From positions 1-64,000 of the IMG/VR virus record IMGVR_UViG_3300013094_000017: a stretch of 64,000 bases of DNA; one strand, given 5' to 3'. Every line of letters starts with the position of its first letter. Position 1 is the first letter of the stretch. Of the stretch, positions 5,907-14,734 are shown in pieces. Both the position numbers and the translations under genes were made by a program. The notes below the pieces were generated by a model. It was not told where the DNA came from. It saw nothing but the letters and a program-made list of their open reading frames with translations, and searched no databases.

Positions 5907-6024
5907 GCTTTACATTAACAACCTTAACGCAACTCGGTACACGGATACCTGATCAGTGGGAGTGTTTGACATAGTCGGACCGCTGCAACACTGTGGGTGG
6001 CAAAGCCGTGCTCGTTGTTAATTT

Positions 6025-6100
6025 GCCCTGTTAGTTCAACGGATTAGAATTAGAGTCTTCGAAACTCAGGATGGGGGTTCGATTCCCTCACGGGGCACCA
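6025..6100 (+). tRNA. tRNA-Arg (TCG)
   Basis: Loop CT TCG AA, GCCCTGT/ACGGGGC acceptor, CCA. Confidence 0.9.
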
Positions 6101-6150
6101 AACAAGTAATCGCATAATGTAGCGGAATACACTACGTTATGTAAATCAAT

Positions 6151-6226
6151 GCGGCTGTAGCTCAGTTGGTAGAGCGTCTGCTTGCCAAGCAGAAGGTCAC
6201 GAGTTCGAGACTCGTTAGCCGCTCCA
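6151..6226 (+). tRNA. tRNA-Gly (GCC)
   Basis: TCTGC-TT GCC AA-GCAGA, U73, CCA. Confidence 0.95.
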
Positions 6227-6236
6227 TTTATTTTGA

Positions 6237-6265
6237 TTGACAGTTGGTAATACCTATGCTATAAT
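6237..6265 (+). promoter_or_regulatory. sigma70-type promoter with extended -10
   Basis: TTGACA-N17-TATAAT, with TG at -15/-14. Confidence 0.8.
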
Positions 6266-6289
6266 ATGCTTGTACAGTTAGGAAATGAT

Positions 6290-6595
6290 ATGAAACACTA
6301 CGTATATGAACCAGGTATAAAGAAAATTGAAAAAGTATTACCGTATTCTGTGGCTGTTCCGCAGGGTTATAAAACTCACGCACAGGCCCTATGCCAACGA
6401 ATATTAGGCAAAAGATATTGTCGTTGGGATCCAAGATGGCGCAGAGTTAATAATTGGACAGTGAAAACCACTACCAGGTGGACAGTATATGAAGATGCAG
6501 TTTGGCACTACAAAGATGGTATACTTTACTTCAAAGATGAAGCTAATACTAAAATGCTTACAATGGTATTATTAAGTAAAACCAAAAGGAGATAG
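6290..6595 (+). CDS. Hypothetical protein
   Basis: ORF track. Likely start after the AGGA RBS. Confidence 0.65.
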   Translation: MKHYVYEPGIKKIEKVLPYSVAVPQGYKTHAQALCQRILGKRYCRWDPRWRRVNNWTVKTTTRWTVYEDAVWHYKDGILYFKDEANTKMLTMVLLSKTKRR

Positions 6596-6599
6596 TACT

Positions 6600-7082
6600 A
6601 TGAAACCATGGATTGAAAACATCAGCTTAGAAGATGTAAAGAAAGGCTATCACCACGATGCTGGCGATAATTCTATGCTAATTCAAATCGTAGATCCTGG
6701 TGTAGAGTTTCCAACTCCTAAGTACAAGTTTAAGCGAGTATCACAGTACTTCTTCCTTGATGTAGAGGATAGAGATATTCCCGGTGCTATATTTGATGCG
6801 GCAATCACTGACGCAGACGCTATCGGTATTGCCGAAGATTTGAAATACGCATTGGCCAATAACATGAACGTAATTGTTCACTGTCATATGGGTGTGTGCC
6901 GTAGTGGTGCTGTAGCAGAAGTAGGTGTTATGTTAGGTTTCCAAGATACTGAAAAGTATCGTATTCCTAACACAATGGTCAAGCGTAAACTTATGGAATA
7001 CTTTGGTATGACATACACAGAGTCCGAGCTCCCTAAAGGGGCTTGGGCACTTGACGAAAATGGAATTAGACATTATTATTAA
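6600..7082 (+). CDS. Cys-based protein tyrosine/dual-specificity phosphatase-like protein
   Basis: VHCHMGVCRS is an HCX5R(S) signature. Confidence 0.8.
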   Translation: MKPWIENISLEDVKKGYHHDAGDNSMLIQIVDPGVEFPTPKYKFKRVSQYFFLDVEDRDIPGAIFDAAITDADAIGIAEDLKYALANNMNVIVHCHMGVCRSGAVAEVGVMLGFQDTEKYRIPNTMVKRKLMEYFGMTYTESELPKGAWALDENGIRHYY

Positions 7083-7088
7083 GAATAT

Positions 7089-7164
7089 GCTACCTTAGCT
7101 CATCTGGTAGAGCACCGGCCTGAAGAGTCGGGTGTGCTTGGTTCAAGTCCAAGAGGTAGCACCA
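7089..7164 (+). tRNA. tRNA-Phe (GAA)
   Basis: CCGGC-CT GAA GA-GTCGG, GCTACCT/AGGTAGC acceptor, CCA. Confidence 0.93.
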
Positions 7165-7180
7165 AACAAAGGAAATAGAT

Positions 7181-7348
7181 ATGGCAGGCATTTACGGAGT
7201 TTATGAAAAATACGAAGGTCCAGAAGACTGTGATGTAGCCTATTCTAAAGTACAATCTGGCGAATGGGATCTAGCACGCTTTAAGGAATATGTGAGCTGT
7301 GTTGAGAAGATCACATGGCAAGATGCCACCGCAGATGAGAGTTTCTAA
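7181..7348 (+). CDS. Small hypothetical protein (55 aa, MAGIYGVYEKYEGPEDC...)
   Basis: Manual ORF with AAGGA RBS. Confidence 0.65.
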   Translation: MAGIYGVYEKYEGPEDCDVAYSKVQSGEWDLARFKEYVSCVEKITWQDATADESF

Positions 7349-7350
7349 TC

Positions 7351-7611
7351 TTGACAGAAGATGAACAACTAATGTGGGATGTGCTCAAGGCATCACCTGA
7401 TGCTGATTGGGTAGAGTTCCGTAAACAGCATAATCGACTTTGGCTAACTAAAGATCGCAGAATTGTCCTGATAAAGAACATGCAAAGCGACTACATTCTT
7501 AGTTGTGTTAATATGTTGGAAGCATTAAGTCAAACCAACACTGCGGCCTATAAGGGATTGATTAAAGAATTGCGCCAAAGAGGAAGTCAGATACCTGACA
7601 ACTCAATATAG
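7351..7611 (+). CDS. Hypothetical protein
   Basis: ORF track, tight packing. Confidence 0.6.
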   Translation: MTEDEQLMWDVLKASPDADWVEFRKQHNRLWLTKDRRIVLIKNMQSDYILSCVNMLEALSQTNTAAYKGLIKELRQRGSQIPDNSI

Positions 7612-7627
7612 AAAAGAGGATAACGAT

Positions 7628-8083
7628 ATGAACAGTACATTTAGCAGTTTGATTGGACACCGCATCAACGCAGTGTTTCTCGCCAACGCAAATGAGACCA
7701 TTGTTTTCCGCACGACTGAGGGAAAGTATCTACGATTTGATACCTGCAATGATTGTTGCAACACTGTTTGGTTTAATCACATTAACGGTAGTGGCTGTGT
7801 TGGGCAGGGTGACACCTTTGATCTTATCCGTGGTGCATTAGTTATAGGCTGCGAGGATAAAGATTGGACTGAGAATAGAGCCTGGACCCCAGAAGATGGC
7901 GGCGATTACGGTGATACTATTCAAGACGGATTCTACACCATCAAGACTGACCGCGGTTATATTGATCTAGAAGTGCGTAACGATCACAACGGCTACTACG
8001 GTGGCACTGTTATGGAAAATGAAGATCTTGATTGGGAGATTACCGATCTAGAAAATCTTGTAGAGATTAAGGAAGATTTCTAA
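7628..8083 (+). CDS. Hypothetical phage protein (DLEVRNDHNGYYGG motif)
   Basis: ORF track, GAGGA RBS. Confidence 0.75.
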   Translation: MNSTFSSLIGHRINAVFLANANETIVFRTTEGKYLRFDTCNDCCNTVWFNHINGSGCVGQGDTFDLIRGALVIGCEDKDWTENRAWTPEDGGDYGDTIQDGFYTIKTDRGYIDLEVRNDHNGYYGGTVMENEDLDWEITDLENLVEIKEDF

Positions 8084-8084
8084 A

Positions 8085-8360
8085 ATGAAAATTATCAAGT
8101 TAGACCGCAGACACAGAATGCGGCGAGATTTTGATATGCGATATGCTCTAGTTTGGGAAAGTTATGGATATGTTTGCAGACCATATGAAAAATGGTTAGA
8201 AAAGCAATTTGGAGTAAGTTGGTATACACATAATCCTCATTGGAAGTCAGGATACGGTAGCAATTCTAGCCGTGGCGATCGTCCAACTTTCTATGTCGCA
8301 GTCAAAGAAAAAAGTACATTAACAATGATGTTTTTGGCATTAGGAGATACAAATGAATAA
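8085..8360 (+). CDS. Hypothetical protein
   Basis: ORF track, coupled spacing. Confidence 0.7.
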   Translation: MKIIKLDRRHRMRRDFDMRYALVWESYGYVCRPYEKWLEKQFGVSWYTHNPHWKSGYGSNSSRGDRPTFYVAVKEKSTLTMMFLALGDTNE

Positions 8361-8697
8361 ATTTGATTGGGGCGGTATATTCAGCAAAGTGCCAGACCAT
8401 ACTCAAGAGGCACTCGAACGCTATTTCCTGTACGGATTAGAGCCAGGCAGTTTCTTACAAGCGGTATTAAGCAATGACCTGTACAGTGCTGTGGCCCGTG
8501 CAGATACTTGGAACAAAACTGCTATAGCAGAAATTGTAACTTGGATTGCTCACAACGCACCGGAAGGCAGTTGGGGACATCCTGACTATTACCGTGAATG
8601 GGTTAACAAAGGTCCTGCATTTGTTCGATTTGAAAAGAGTCGTGTTTGGAATATTTTGTCTAATGAACACACAGAAATGAAGGAACCTGAGTGGTGA
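8353..8697 (+). CDS. Hypothetical protein
   Basis: ORF track, AGGAG RBS. Confidence 0.75.
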   Translation: MNKFDWGGIFSKVPDHTQEALERYFLYGLEPGSFLQAVLSNDLYSAVARADTWNKTAIAEIVTWIAHNAPEGSWGHPDYYREWVNKGPAFVRFEKSRVWNILSNEHTEMKEPEW

Positions 8698-8882
8698 AAC
8701 AGAAACCAAAATGGGTTGAAACTCGAGAAGCTCTTAAAACAATGGGTCAAGAACCTTTAGAGTTTATTGGCAAAATGGGCGCCGATGGGGTCATTAATGG
8801 CTTACTACCTAACGGTGAAGAGTACGGTTGGTATAAACGTAGAGGCACTAAAGATACTAAATTTAAAGGAAGGAAAGTTTAA
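8691..8882 (+). CDS. Hypothetical protein
   Basis: ORF track. GTG start overlaps the upstream stop. Confidence 0.65.
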   Translation: MVKQKPKWVETREALKTMGQEPLEFIGKMGADGVINGLLPNGEEYGWYKRRGTKDTKFKGRKV

Positions 8883-9454
8883 TGGCTAAAATATTTATGA
8901 TTAGCGATACGCACTTTGGACACAAAGGCGTTTGTGAATTTAAGCGTGATGACGGTGTTACTGATTTACGCCCGTACGATACCGCAGACGAGATGGATGC
9001 AGATATGATTGAAAAGTGGAATGCCAAGGTTGGCCCAAACGATAAAGTTTATCACTTAGGTGATGTTGTAATTAATCGCAAGGCATTGTCTACATTGGGC
9101 AAGTTGAATGGTGAAAAGGTTCTAATCAAAGGCAACCACGATATCTTTAGGTTGGAGGAATATACTCCGTACTTTAAGGATGTTCGCAGTTATCACGTCC
9201 TTAATGGATTGATCCTAAGCCATATTCCGATTCATGAAGCTAGTTTGGGCCGTTTCGGCACTAACATTCACGGACACTTGCACGCCAGTAGAGTTATGAA
9301 GGATGGTGCTATTGATCCTCGGTACTTTAACATGTGTGTTGAGAATCATAATTATGCTCCAGTTGAATTTGAAGAAGTTATGGAGTTAATTAGAGCAGAG
9401 GGCGGCACAGTTGGGTTTCGAGAACACAAATGGCCAAACGAACTAGTAGGGTAA
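8882..9454 (+). CDS. Calcineurin-like metallophosphoesterase
   Basis: Motifs SDTHFGH, HLGD, GNHD, SH and HGHLH. Confidence 0.9.
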   Translation: MAKIFMISDTHFGHKGVCEFKRDDGVTDLRPYDTADEMDADMIEKWNAKVGPNDKVYHLGDVVINRKALSTLGKLNGEKVLIKGNHDIFRLEEYTPYFKDVRSYHVLNGLILSHIPIHEASLGRFGTNIHGHLHASRVMKDGAIDPRYFNMCVENHNYAPVEFEEVMELIRAEGGTVGFREHKWPNELVG

Positions 9455-9460
9455 GCCTTT

Positions 9461-9484
9461 AAATAGGGCTTGCCCTATTTTTTT
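9461..9484 (+). terminator. Intrinsic terminator
   Basis: AAATAGGG-CTTG-CCCTATTT followed by a T run. Confidence 0.75.
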
Positions 9485-9490
9485 GACTTA

Positions 9491-9628
9491 TTAATCGCAG
9501 TCTGAATATGCTTGTACTAAGCGTGCAACACATTCTGTGTCACCTGGCTTACATACAATATTTGGTATACTTGGAGTTGTTTCTTCTTGCAGGGGTTGGA
9601 TTGGTAATGTATCTGTAGTATTTGACAT
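9491..9628 (-). CDS. Small acidic protein (45 aa, MSNTTDTLPIQPLQEETTPSIPNIVCKPGDTECVARLVQAYSDCD)
   Basis: Manual ORF with AAAGGTG RBS and a TAAATA motif upstream on the - strand. Confidence 0.6.
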   Translation of the reverse strand: MSNTTDTLPIQPLQEETTPSIPNIVCKPGDTECVARLVQAYSDCD

Positions 9629-9741
9629 TTTGTGTCACCTTTCTAAAATGAGATTGTGTCTCTAATGATTTATTTATTAAACTACTATTGTATATTAAAG
9701 TACCAATATTGTCAACACCTTGATAAATTTTGATAAATTAG

Positions 9742-9770
9742 TTGACATACTATAAAAAACACTATATACT
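9742..9770 (+). promoter_or_regulatory. sigma70-type promoter
   Basis: TTGACA-N17-TATACT. Confidence 0.8.
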
Positions 9771-9776
9771 AAACAA

Positions 9777-10031
9777 ATGAGATACACTCCAGAACAAATT
9801 ATTGAATTAGCAAAAGAAGTAGAACTTACAGACAACGATATCGAGTGGGATAATTTACCTCTTGAAAAAGATCGTATCTATCAAATCCTCGGTAGTCAAA
9901 CTTTTGATATGTATAGCCGGTGGACTCAAATGGAAGATAGTGATAGCGGCGAAGCTATTATGTTAGCAACCATCACTAAACTACTAGTAGAAAATTTCGT
10001 ATTAAATCTTAAATTAAATCAAGGAAAATAA
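9777..10031 (+). CDS. Hypothetical protein
   Basis: ORF track. Confidence 0.65.
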   Translation: MRYTPEQIIELAKEVELTDNDIEWDNLPLEKDRIYQILGSQTFDMYSRWTQMEDSDSGEAIMLATITKLLVENFVLNLKLNQGK

Positions 10032-10032
10032 A

Positions 10033-10239
10033 ATGGCTAAAACAAACTCCAGTTTCAAGATTGGCAAGATGGTTAAACTATCAATGGGTGCAACGCTTAA
10101 TAAAGAGCAACGTTTAATCTACAAGAACTGTATGATTGATGCTAAACAGTCATATATTGCTAATCGTAATCGTAAACATAAAGATCCTATTGCACGTGAT
10201 AGCAGCAATGATCAAAACAAAGATGCTCCAAAGGCCTAA
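10033..10239 (+). CDS. Small basic hypothetical protein
   Basis: ORF track, AAGGA RBS. Confidence 0.65.
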   Translation: MAKTNSSFKIGKMVKLSMGATLNKEQRLIYKNCMIDAKQSYIANRNRKHKDPIARDSSNDQNKDAPKA

Positions 10240-10242
10240 TTA

Positions 10243-11535
10243 ATGGATTATAAAGTAGCGGACATTGGCCTAGCCGCTTGGGGCCACAAAGAAATTGCAA
10301 TCGCAGAAACGGAAATGCCGGGATTAATGGCAATTCGTAACGAATTAAAACCAAATCAACCACTTAAAGGTGCTCGCATTGTGGGGTCATTACACATGAC
10401 TATTCAAACTGCTGTGCTGGTACAGACTTTAGTTGCTCTAGGCGCAGAAGTGCGTTGGAGTAGCTGTAATATTTTTTCAACACAAGACCACGCCGCAGCA
10501 GCCTTGGCAGAACAAGGTATTCCTGTATATGCTTGGAAAGGTGAAACTGAAGCTGACTACTGGTGGTGCATTGAACAGACTATTAAAAATCCAAACGATC
10601 CAACCTGGAAACCCAATATGTTGTTAGATGATGGACATGATCTAACTTGGTATATCCACACTAACTATCCAGAACTATTAGATGGTATCTATGGTGTTAC
10701 TGAAGAAACAACTACAGGTATTCACAAGATTAACGAAGCTATTGCTAATGGTAGTTTCCGTCTACGTGCTATTAATGTTAACGATAGTGTAACTAAAAGT
10801 AAGTTTGATAACTTATATGGTTGCCGTGAAAGTCTAGTAGATTCGATCAAACGTGCTACCGATGTTATGATTGCTGGTAAGACCGCAGTAGTAGCAGGCT
10901 ACGGTGATGTGGGTAAAGGTTCGGCCGCTAGTCTTAAGGCACTTGGTGCGCAGGTTTGGGTAACTGAAATTGACCCAATCTGTGCCCTACAAGCCGCAAT
11001 GGAAGGCTACAAGGTAGTTACCATGGACTATGCCGCAGACAAAGCAGACATCTTTGTAACAGCCACAGGCAATGTAGACATCATCACACATGCGCACATG
11101 TTAAAGATGAAACACAATGCTATTGTATGTAACATTGGGCACTTCGACAGCGAAATTCAAATTGCTAGTTTGGCTGGCTACGAGTGGGACGAGATTAAAC
11201 CGCAAGTAGATCACGTGACTATGCCTAGTGGTAATAAGATAATTATCTTAGCCAAAGGTCGATTGGTAAATTTAGGTTGTGGTACAGGACATCCTAGCTT
11301 TGTTATGTCAAACAGCTTTACTAATCAAGTAATTGCACAGGTTGAAATGTTCCAAAACTATGCTAACTATGAGATTGGTAAGATGTATTTGTTACCTAAA
11401 CACCTAGATGAAAAGGTAGCTAGTCTACACCTAGCACAGATTGGCGCAGAGCTAACCGACCTAACACCTGCGCAAGCAGACTACATTGGCGTAAAGGTAC
11501 AAGGTCCATACAAACCAGAAACATATAGGTACTAA
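10243..11535 (+). CDS. ahcY: Adenosylhomocysteinase (SAH hydrolase)
   Basis: Motifs [69 protein letters not shown] and C-terminal YRY. Confidence 0.97.
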   Translation: MDYKVADIGLAAWGHKEIAIAETEMPGLMAIRNELKPNQPLKGARIVGSLHMTIQTAVLVQTLVALGAEVRWSSCNIFSTQDHAAAALAEQGIPVYAWKGETEADYWWCIEQTIKNPNDPTWKPNMLLDDGHDLTWYIHTNYPELLDGIYGVTEETTTGIHKINEAIANGSFRLRAINVNDSVTKSKFDNLYGCRESLVDSIKRATDVMIAGKTAVVAGYGDVGKGSAASLKALGAQVWVTEIDPICALQAAMEGYKVVTMDYAADKADIFVTATGNVDIITHAHMLKMKHNAIVCNIGHFDSEIQIASLAGYEWDEIKPQVDHVTMPSGNKIIILAKGRLVNLGCGTGHPSFVMSNSFTNQVIAQVEMFQNYANYEIGKMYLLPKHLDEKVASLHLAQIGAELTDLTPAQADYIGVKVQGPYKPETYRY

Positions 11536-11536
11536 A

Positions 11537-11893
11537 ATGAAAAGACTAGAAGGGTTTGTTGAAAAAGGTTGGGGATCAGAGTTAATATGGGCTACTAACC
11601 ATAAGTATTGTGGTAAACTGTTAAAGTTTAATAAAGATGCCAAATTCAGTATGCACTTTCATGCTGAAAAAGATGAATCTTGGTATGTATTAGATGGTCA
11701 ATTTATTATTAAATGGATTGATACCAGCGATGCTTCATTACATGAGCAATATCTTAATCCAGGGGATACATACCGTAACTTTCCGTTATTTCCTCATCAA
11801 TTGATCTGCATCGAAGAAGGTACAATTATTGAGGTTTCTACTCCGGACAGTGTAGAGGATAACTATCGAGTAATGCCCGGAGATAGTCAGTAA
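11537..11893 (+). CDS. Cupin-domain protein (sugar isomerase-like)
   Basis: KGWGSE, SMHFHAEKDESWYV and PHQL cupin motifs. Confidence 0.8.
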   Translation: MKRLEGFVEKGWGSELIWATNHKYCGKLLKFNKDAKFSMHFHAEKDESWYVLDGQFIIKWIDTSDASLHEQYLNPGDTYRNFPLFPHQLICIEEGTIIEVSTPDSVEDNYRVMPGDSQ

Positions 11894-11894
11894 T

Positions 11895-11989
11895 GCGGTC
11901 GTAAGCAAAAGGCAAAGCTCTAGGACCTAGGTCCTAGGATAGGGAGAACCTAGTTCCCCTTGTTGGTTCGACTCCAGCCGACCGTACCA
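11895..11989 (+). tRNA. Atypical class II (Leu-like) tRNA with a palindromic, even-numbered anticodon loop
   Basis: Acceptor GCGGTCG/CGACCGT, A73, CCA. D arm AGC/GCT. T arm GTTGG-TTCGACT-CCAGC. Anticodon arm is the perfect palindrome CTAGGACCTAGGTCCTAG. Confidence 0.7.
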
Positions 11990-12002
11990 TAAATACACTA
12001 CA

Positions 12003-12719
12003 ATGAACAAATTCAATTGTAGTCCAAAATTGGGTAGAGAATTCTCAATTCCATCGAGAAACGATTTATTGCCCATCATACACGAAATATCTCCCGAGAT
12101 AGTTAACACCGTTATTGGCACTTATGAGCTAATATTGAAACTAGGTACCCATCTTGGCAAGAGATTTCGTGTTCATATACTACATGTTGAAAACCCTCAC
12201 GTGCTACCAAACGAGCTAGATGCTAATGGAGTATATGATTCCGAAGATGATGAGCGAGGAAAGATATCAATTAGCCTATATCTTATCAATAATCCAGCAG
12301 ACCGCACGTTGTTATGGGATCAAGAAACATTTGATCGTGTGGCAAAACGCATAGCTGATTGTTTAATACACGAACTAACCCATCTACATCAATCAAGAGC
12401 TCGACATTTCTTAAATGTTTCAACACATCATACTGGAAGAGAAACAGAAGAAGAAGAAGCACAAACATATCTTAGTGAGTTTGACGAGATAGATGCATAC
12501 GCACGCAACATTGCAGGCGAGCTATCAGACCTAGATGACACTGTTGACCTACACAAATGTCTCGAACATCCGAGTGGTATAAGCCTTAATGTAAGTCCTA
12601 ATCTCTGGGGTTACATAACTGCCTTCAAAAAAGACCTAAATCATCCTGTAATTAAACGATTATTGAAAAAAATCTATAAAAATTATCAACTTTTGACAAA
12701 AAAAGACTTGCGTTCTTAA
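12003..12719 (+). CDS. Putative zinc metallopeptidase-like protein
   Basis: IHELTHLHQ (HExxH) plus downstream EIDAYA. TAAATA at 11990. Confidence 0.6.
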   Translation: MNKFNCSPKLGREFSIPSRNDLLPIIHEISPEIVNTVIGTYELILKLGTHLGKRFRVHILHVENPHVLPNELDANGVYDSEDDERGKISISLYLINNPADRTLLWDQETFDRVAKRIADCLIHELTHLHQSRARHFLNVSTHHTGRETEEEEAQTYLSEFDEIDAYARNIAGELSDLDDTVDLHKCLEHPSGISLNVSPNLWGYITAFKKDLNHPVIKRLLKKIYKNYQLLTKKDLRS

Positions 12720-12736
12720 TCCTTTGGTAGTATACT
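12708..12736 (+). promoter_or_regulatory. sigma70-type promoter
   Basis: TTGCGT-N17-TATACT. Confidence 0.55.
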
Positions 12737-12816
12737 AGTCTTATAAACATAATAACCAATACTAGTCGGCAGGCGTCTACAGTATAGATAATTACGTATA
12801 ACAATAAAGGATCATT

Positions 12817-13572
12817 ATGAAAAACAAAGGTAAATTAAGCATTCCAACCCGCCCAGCGGCAAAGCCTGCTCCACAAGCATCACGTCCTGCAGCACCTACA
12901 GCAAATGCTGCACCTACAGCACTACCAACTAATGCACAGGGACGACCACCGTCAATTATGATTGCTGTTCCGGCAATGGAAATGGTTAATGCAGAATTTG
13001 CACAACACTTGGCCATGGCAGCAGCTAATTTAGTAGCTAACGGTATTAGAATTAACTGCGCATTTAATATCGGTTCAGTTATTACAATTGCCCGCAGAAA
13101 CTTAACAGATATCTTCTTAAAGAGTGATTTTGATTACATTTGGTGGGTAGACAGTGATATGAAGTTTCCTATTGATGCACCTATACGTTTACTTAAACGC
13201 AACAAAGACATTGTTGGTGTAAATTATCGTCGACGTCGTTTCCCTAATCCAAACTTTACAGGCATGCAAGGTACTCCAGGTGCTTATTCAGAGTTCCAAA
13301 CTACTGACAATAGTCCAGCAATGGAATTAATCGATGTATTACCACATGGTTGTGTATTAGTTAAACGTTCTGTATATGAAACAATTCCACAACCGCATTA
13401 TCTGCAAGAATTCATTCCAGAGTTAAATTTGGAAATTGGAGAAGATATCTACTTCTGTCAGCAGGCACAGAAATCAGGATATCAAGTATGGTGTGATCAA
13501 GAGCTGAGCCGTGAAACTGCTCATATTGGGATCTTCCACTTTAATTACAACCTAAGTGTTCCACAACAATAA
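12817..13572 (+). CDS. GT-A fold glycosyltransferase with Pro/Ala-rich N-terminal tail
   Basis: ITIARRNL, WVDSD (DxD) and GEDIYFC motifs. Confidence 0.8.
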   Translation: MKNKGKLSIPTRPAAKPAPQASRPAAPTANAAPTALPTNAQGRPPSIMIAVPAMEMVNAEFAQHLAMAAANLVANGIRINCAFNIGSVITIARRNLTDIFLKSDFDYIWWVDSDMKFPIDAPIRLLKRNKDIVGVNYRRRRFPNPNFTGMQGTPGAYSEFQTTDNSPAMELIDVLPHGCVLVKRSVYETIPQPHYLQEFIPELNLEIGEDIYFCQQAQKSGYQVWCDQELSRETAHIGIFHFNYNLSVPQQ

Positions 13573-13586
13573 GCAAAGGAAAATCA

Positions 13587-13748
13587 ATGTTTGAAAGTAT
13601 CGAAATTCGTAAGGTAAAAAATGGTGTCGTAGTTACACTTCGTAGCGACGATGAAGATGCTGAATACGTTTACGATACTGATCGTAAGGCGTTGAAGTTC
13701 ATTAAAGAAATGCTTGAAACTAGAGCAAGAGATATACAGGCTAACTAA
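13587..13748 (+). CDS. Small hypothetical protein (53 aa, MFESIEIRKVKNG...)
   Basis: Manual ORF with AAAGGA RBS; abuts the next gene. Confidence 0.7.
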   Translation: MFESIEIRKVKNGVVVTLRSDDEDAEYVYDTDRKALKFIKEMLETRARDIQAN

Positions 13749-14105
13749 ATGTTACTGTTAACTCTTGTTCTGTTTCAGTTAAAACATTGGTATATTGACT
13801 TTGTGAATCAAACTCAAACAGAAGTTGATCACAAAGGAATTTACCTAGATTGGCTTGGCATTACACATAGTTTAAAACATGGACTTGCTACTGCATTAAT
13901 TGTAGCATTTACATCGGGTTATATTAATTTTGCCATAGCCGTGGGGTTTATAGATTTCTTTATTCACTATCATACTGACTTTGTCAAGATGAAATTTGGA
14001 TGTAGAGATATTACTAACCCATTATTTTGGAATCAATTGGGATTTGACCAGTTCGTACATCAATTTACCTATATAGGTATTGCAGTAGCACTGGCACAAC
14101 TATGA
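13749..14105 (+). CDS. DUF3307-like membrane protein
   Basis: Hydrophobic, with KHWYIDF.Q, HSLKH, HYHTD and GFDQFVH. Confidence 0.7.
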   Translation: MLLLTLVLFQLKHWYIDFVNQTQTEVDHKGIYLDWLGITHSLKHGLATALIVAFTSGYINFAIAVGFIDFFIHYHTDFVKMKFGCRDITNPLFWNQLGFDQFVHQFTYIGIAVALAQL

Positions 14106-14479
14106 AAAAAGAATACGCAATTAAAGATACTGTATGGATACATAACGGTGAACGAGCACTTGTACAAGGTCGGGTAGTCGAAGTTATAGACTTATCCCAC
14201 CTAGGTGAAGGACACTCTGCTGATCAGGAACTTTATATAATTGAGATTCCTACTGGAATTGATGACATTTACGAAGTTCGTCCATATGATCTAATCAGCC
14301 CAGATGCTAAAGGACCAATTGCGCTGTTTAGAGATACCGAAACTCGACGTGCTAATCGGTTATTTAGAAAAATGGGAATGGATGCTCCAATAGGTGAGGA
14401 AGTTACAGCATTGATTGCCGATACCCCAGCTACTGAATCTAAACCTCGACGTAAGTATTACAGAAAACCAAAGAAGTAA
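14102..14479 (+). CDS. Hypothetical protein
   Basis: ORF track. Confidence 0.7.
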   Translation: MKKEYAIKDTVWIHNGERALVQGRVVEVIDLSHLGEGHSADQELYIIEIPTGIDDIYEVRPYDLISPDAKGPIALFRDTETRRANRLFRKMGMDAPIGEEVTALIADTPATESKPRRKYYRKPKK

Positions 14480-14734
14480 ATGGCCATAGATGTTCGTATC
14501 CTTCCTAGAGGAAAGAAATGGGCAGTAATTATCGATGACTTTGTTGATGATGATCATTTATTATATCCCGATAATGTTGAAATTGGACTCTTACAAGAGA
14601 TCATCGATTGGACTATTCAAACGCTAGAGACCTGGCCGAATGTTAATAGAGGGAGCTACGATATGTGGATCTTCCAAAAGCGCAGAGATGCAGAAAAATT
14701 TACAGTGTTATATAATTTAAAATGGGCCAAGTGA
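14480..14734 (+). CDS. Hypothetical protein
   Basis: ORF track. Confidence 0.7.
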   Translation: MAIDVRILPRGKKWAVIIDDFVDDDHLLYPDNVEIGLLQEIIDWTIQTLETWPNVNRGSYDMWIFQKRRDAEKFTVLYNLKWAK

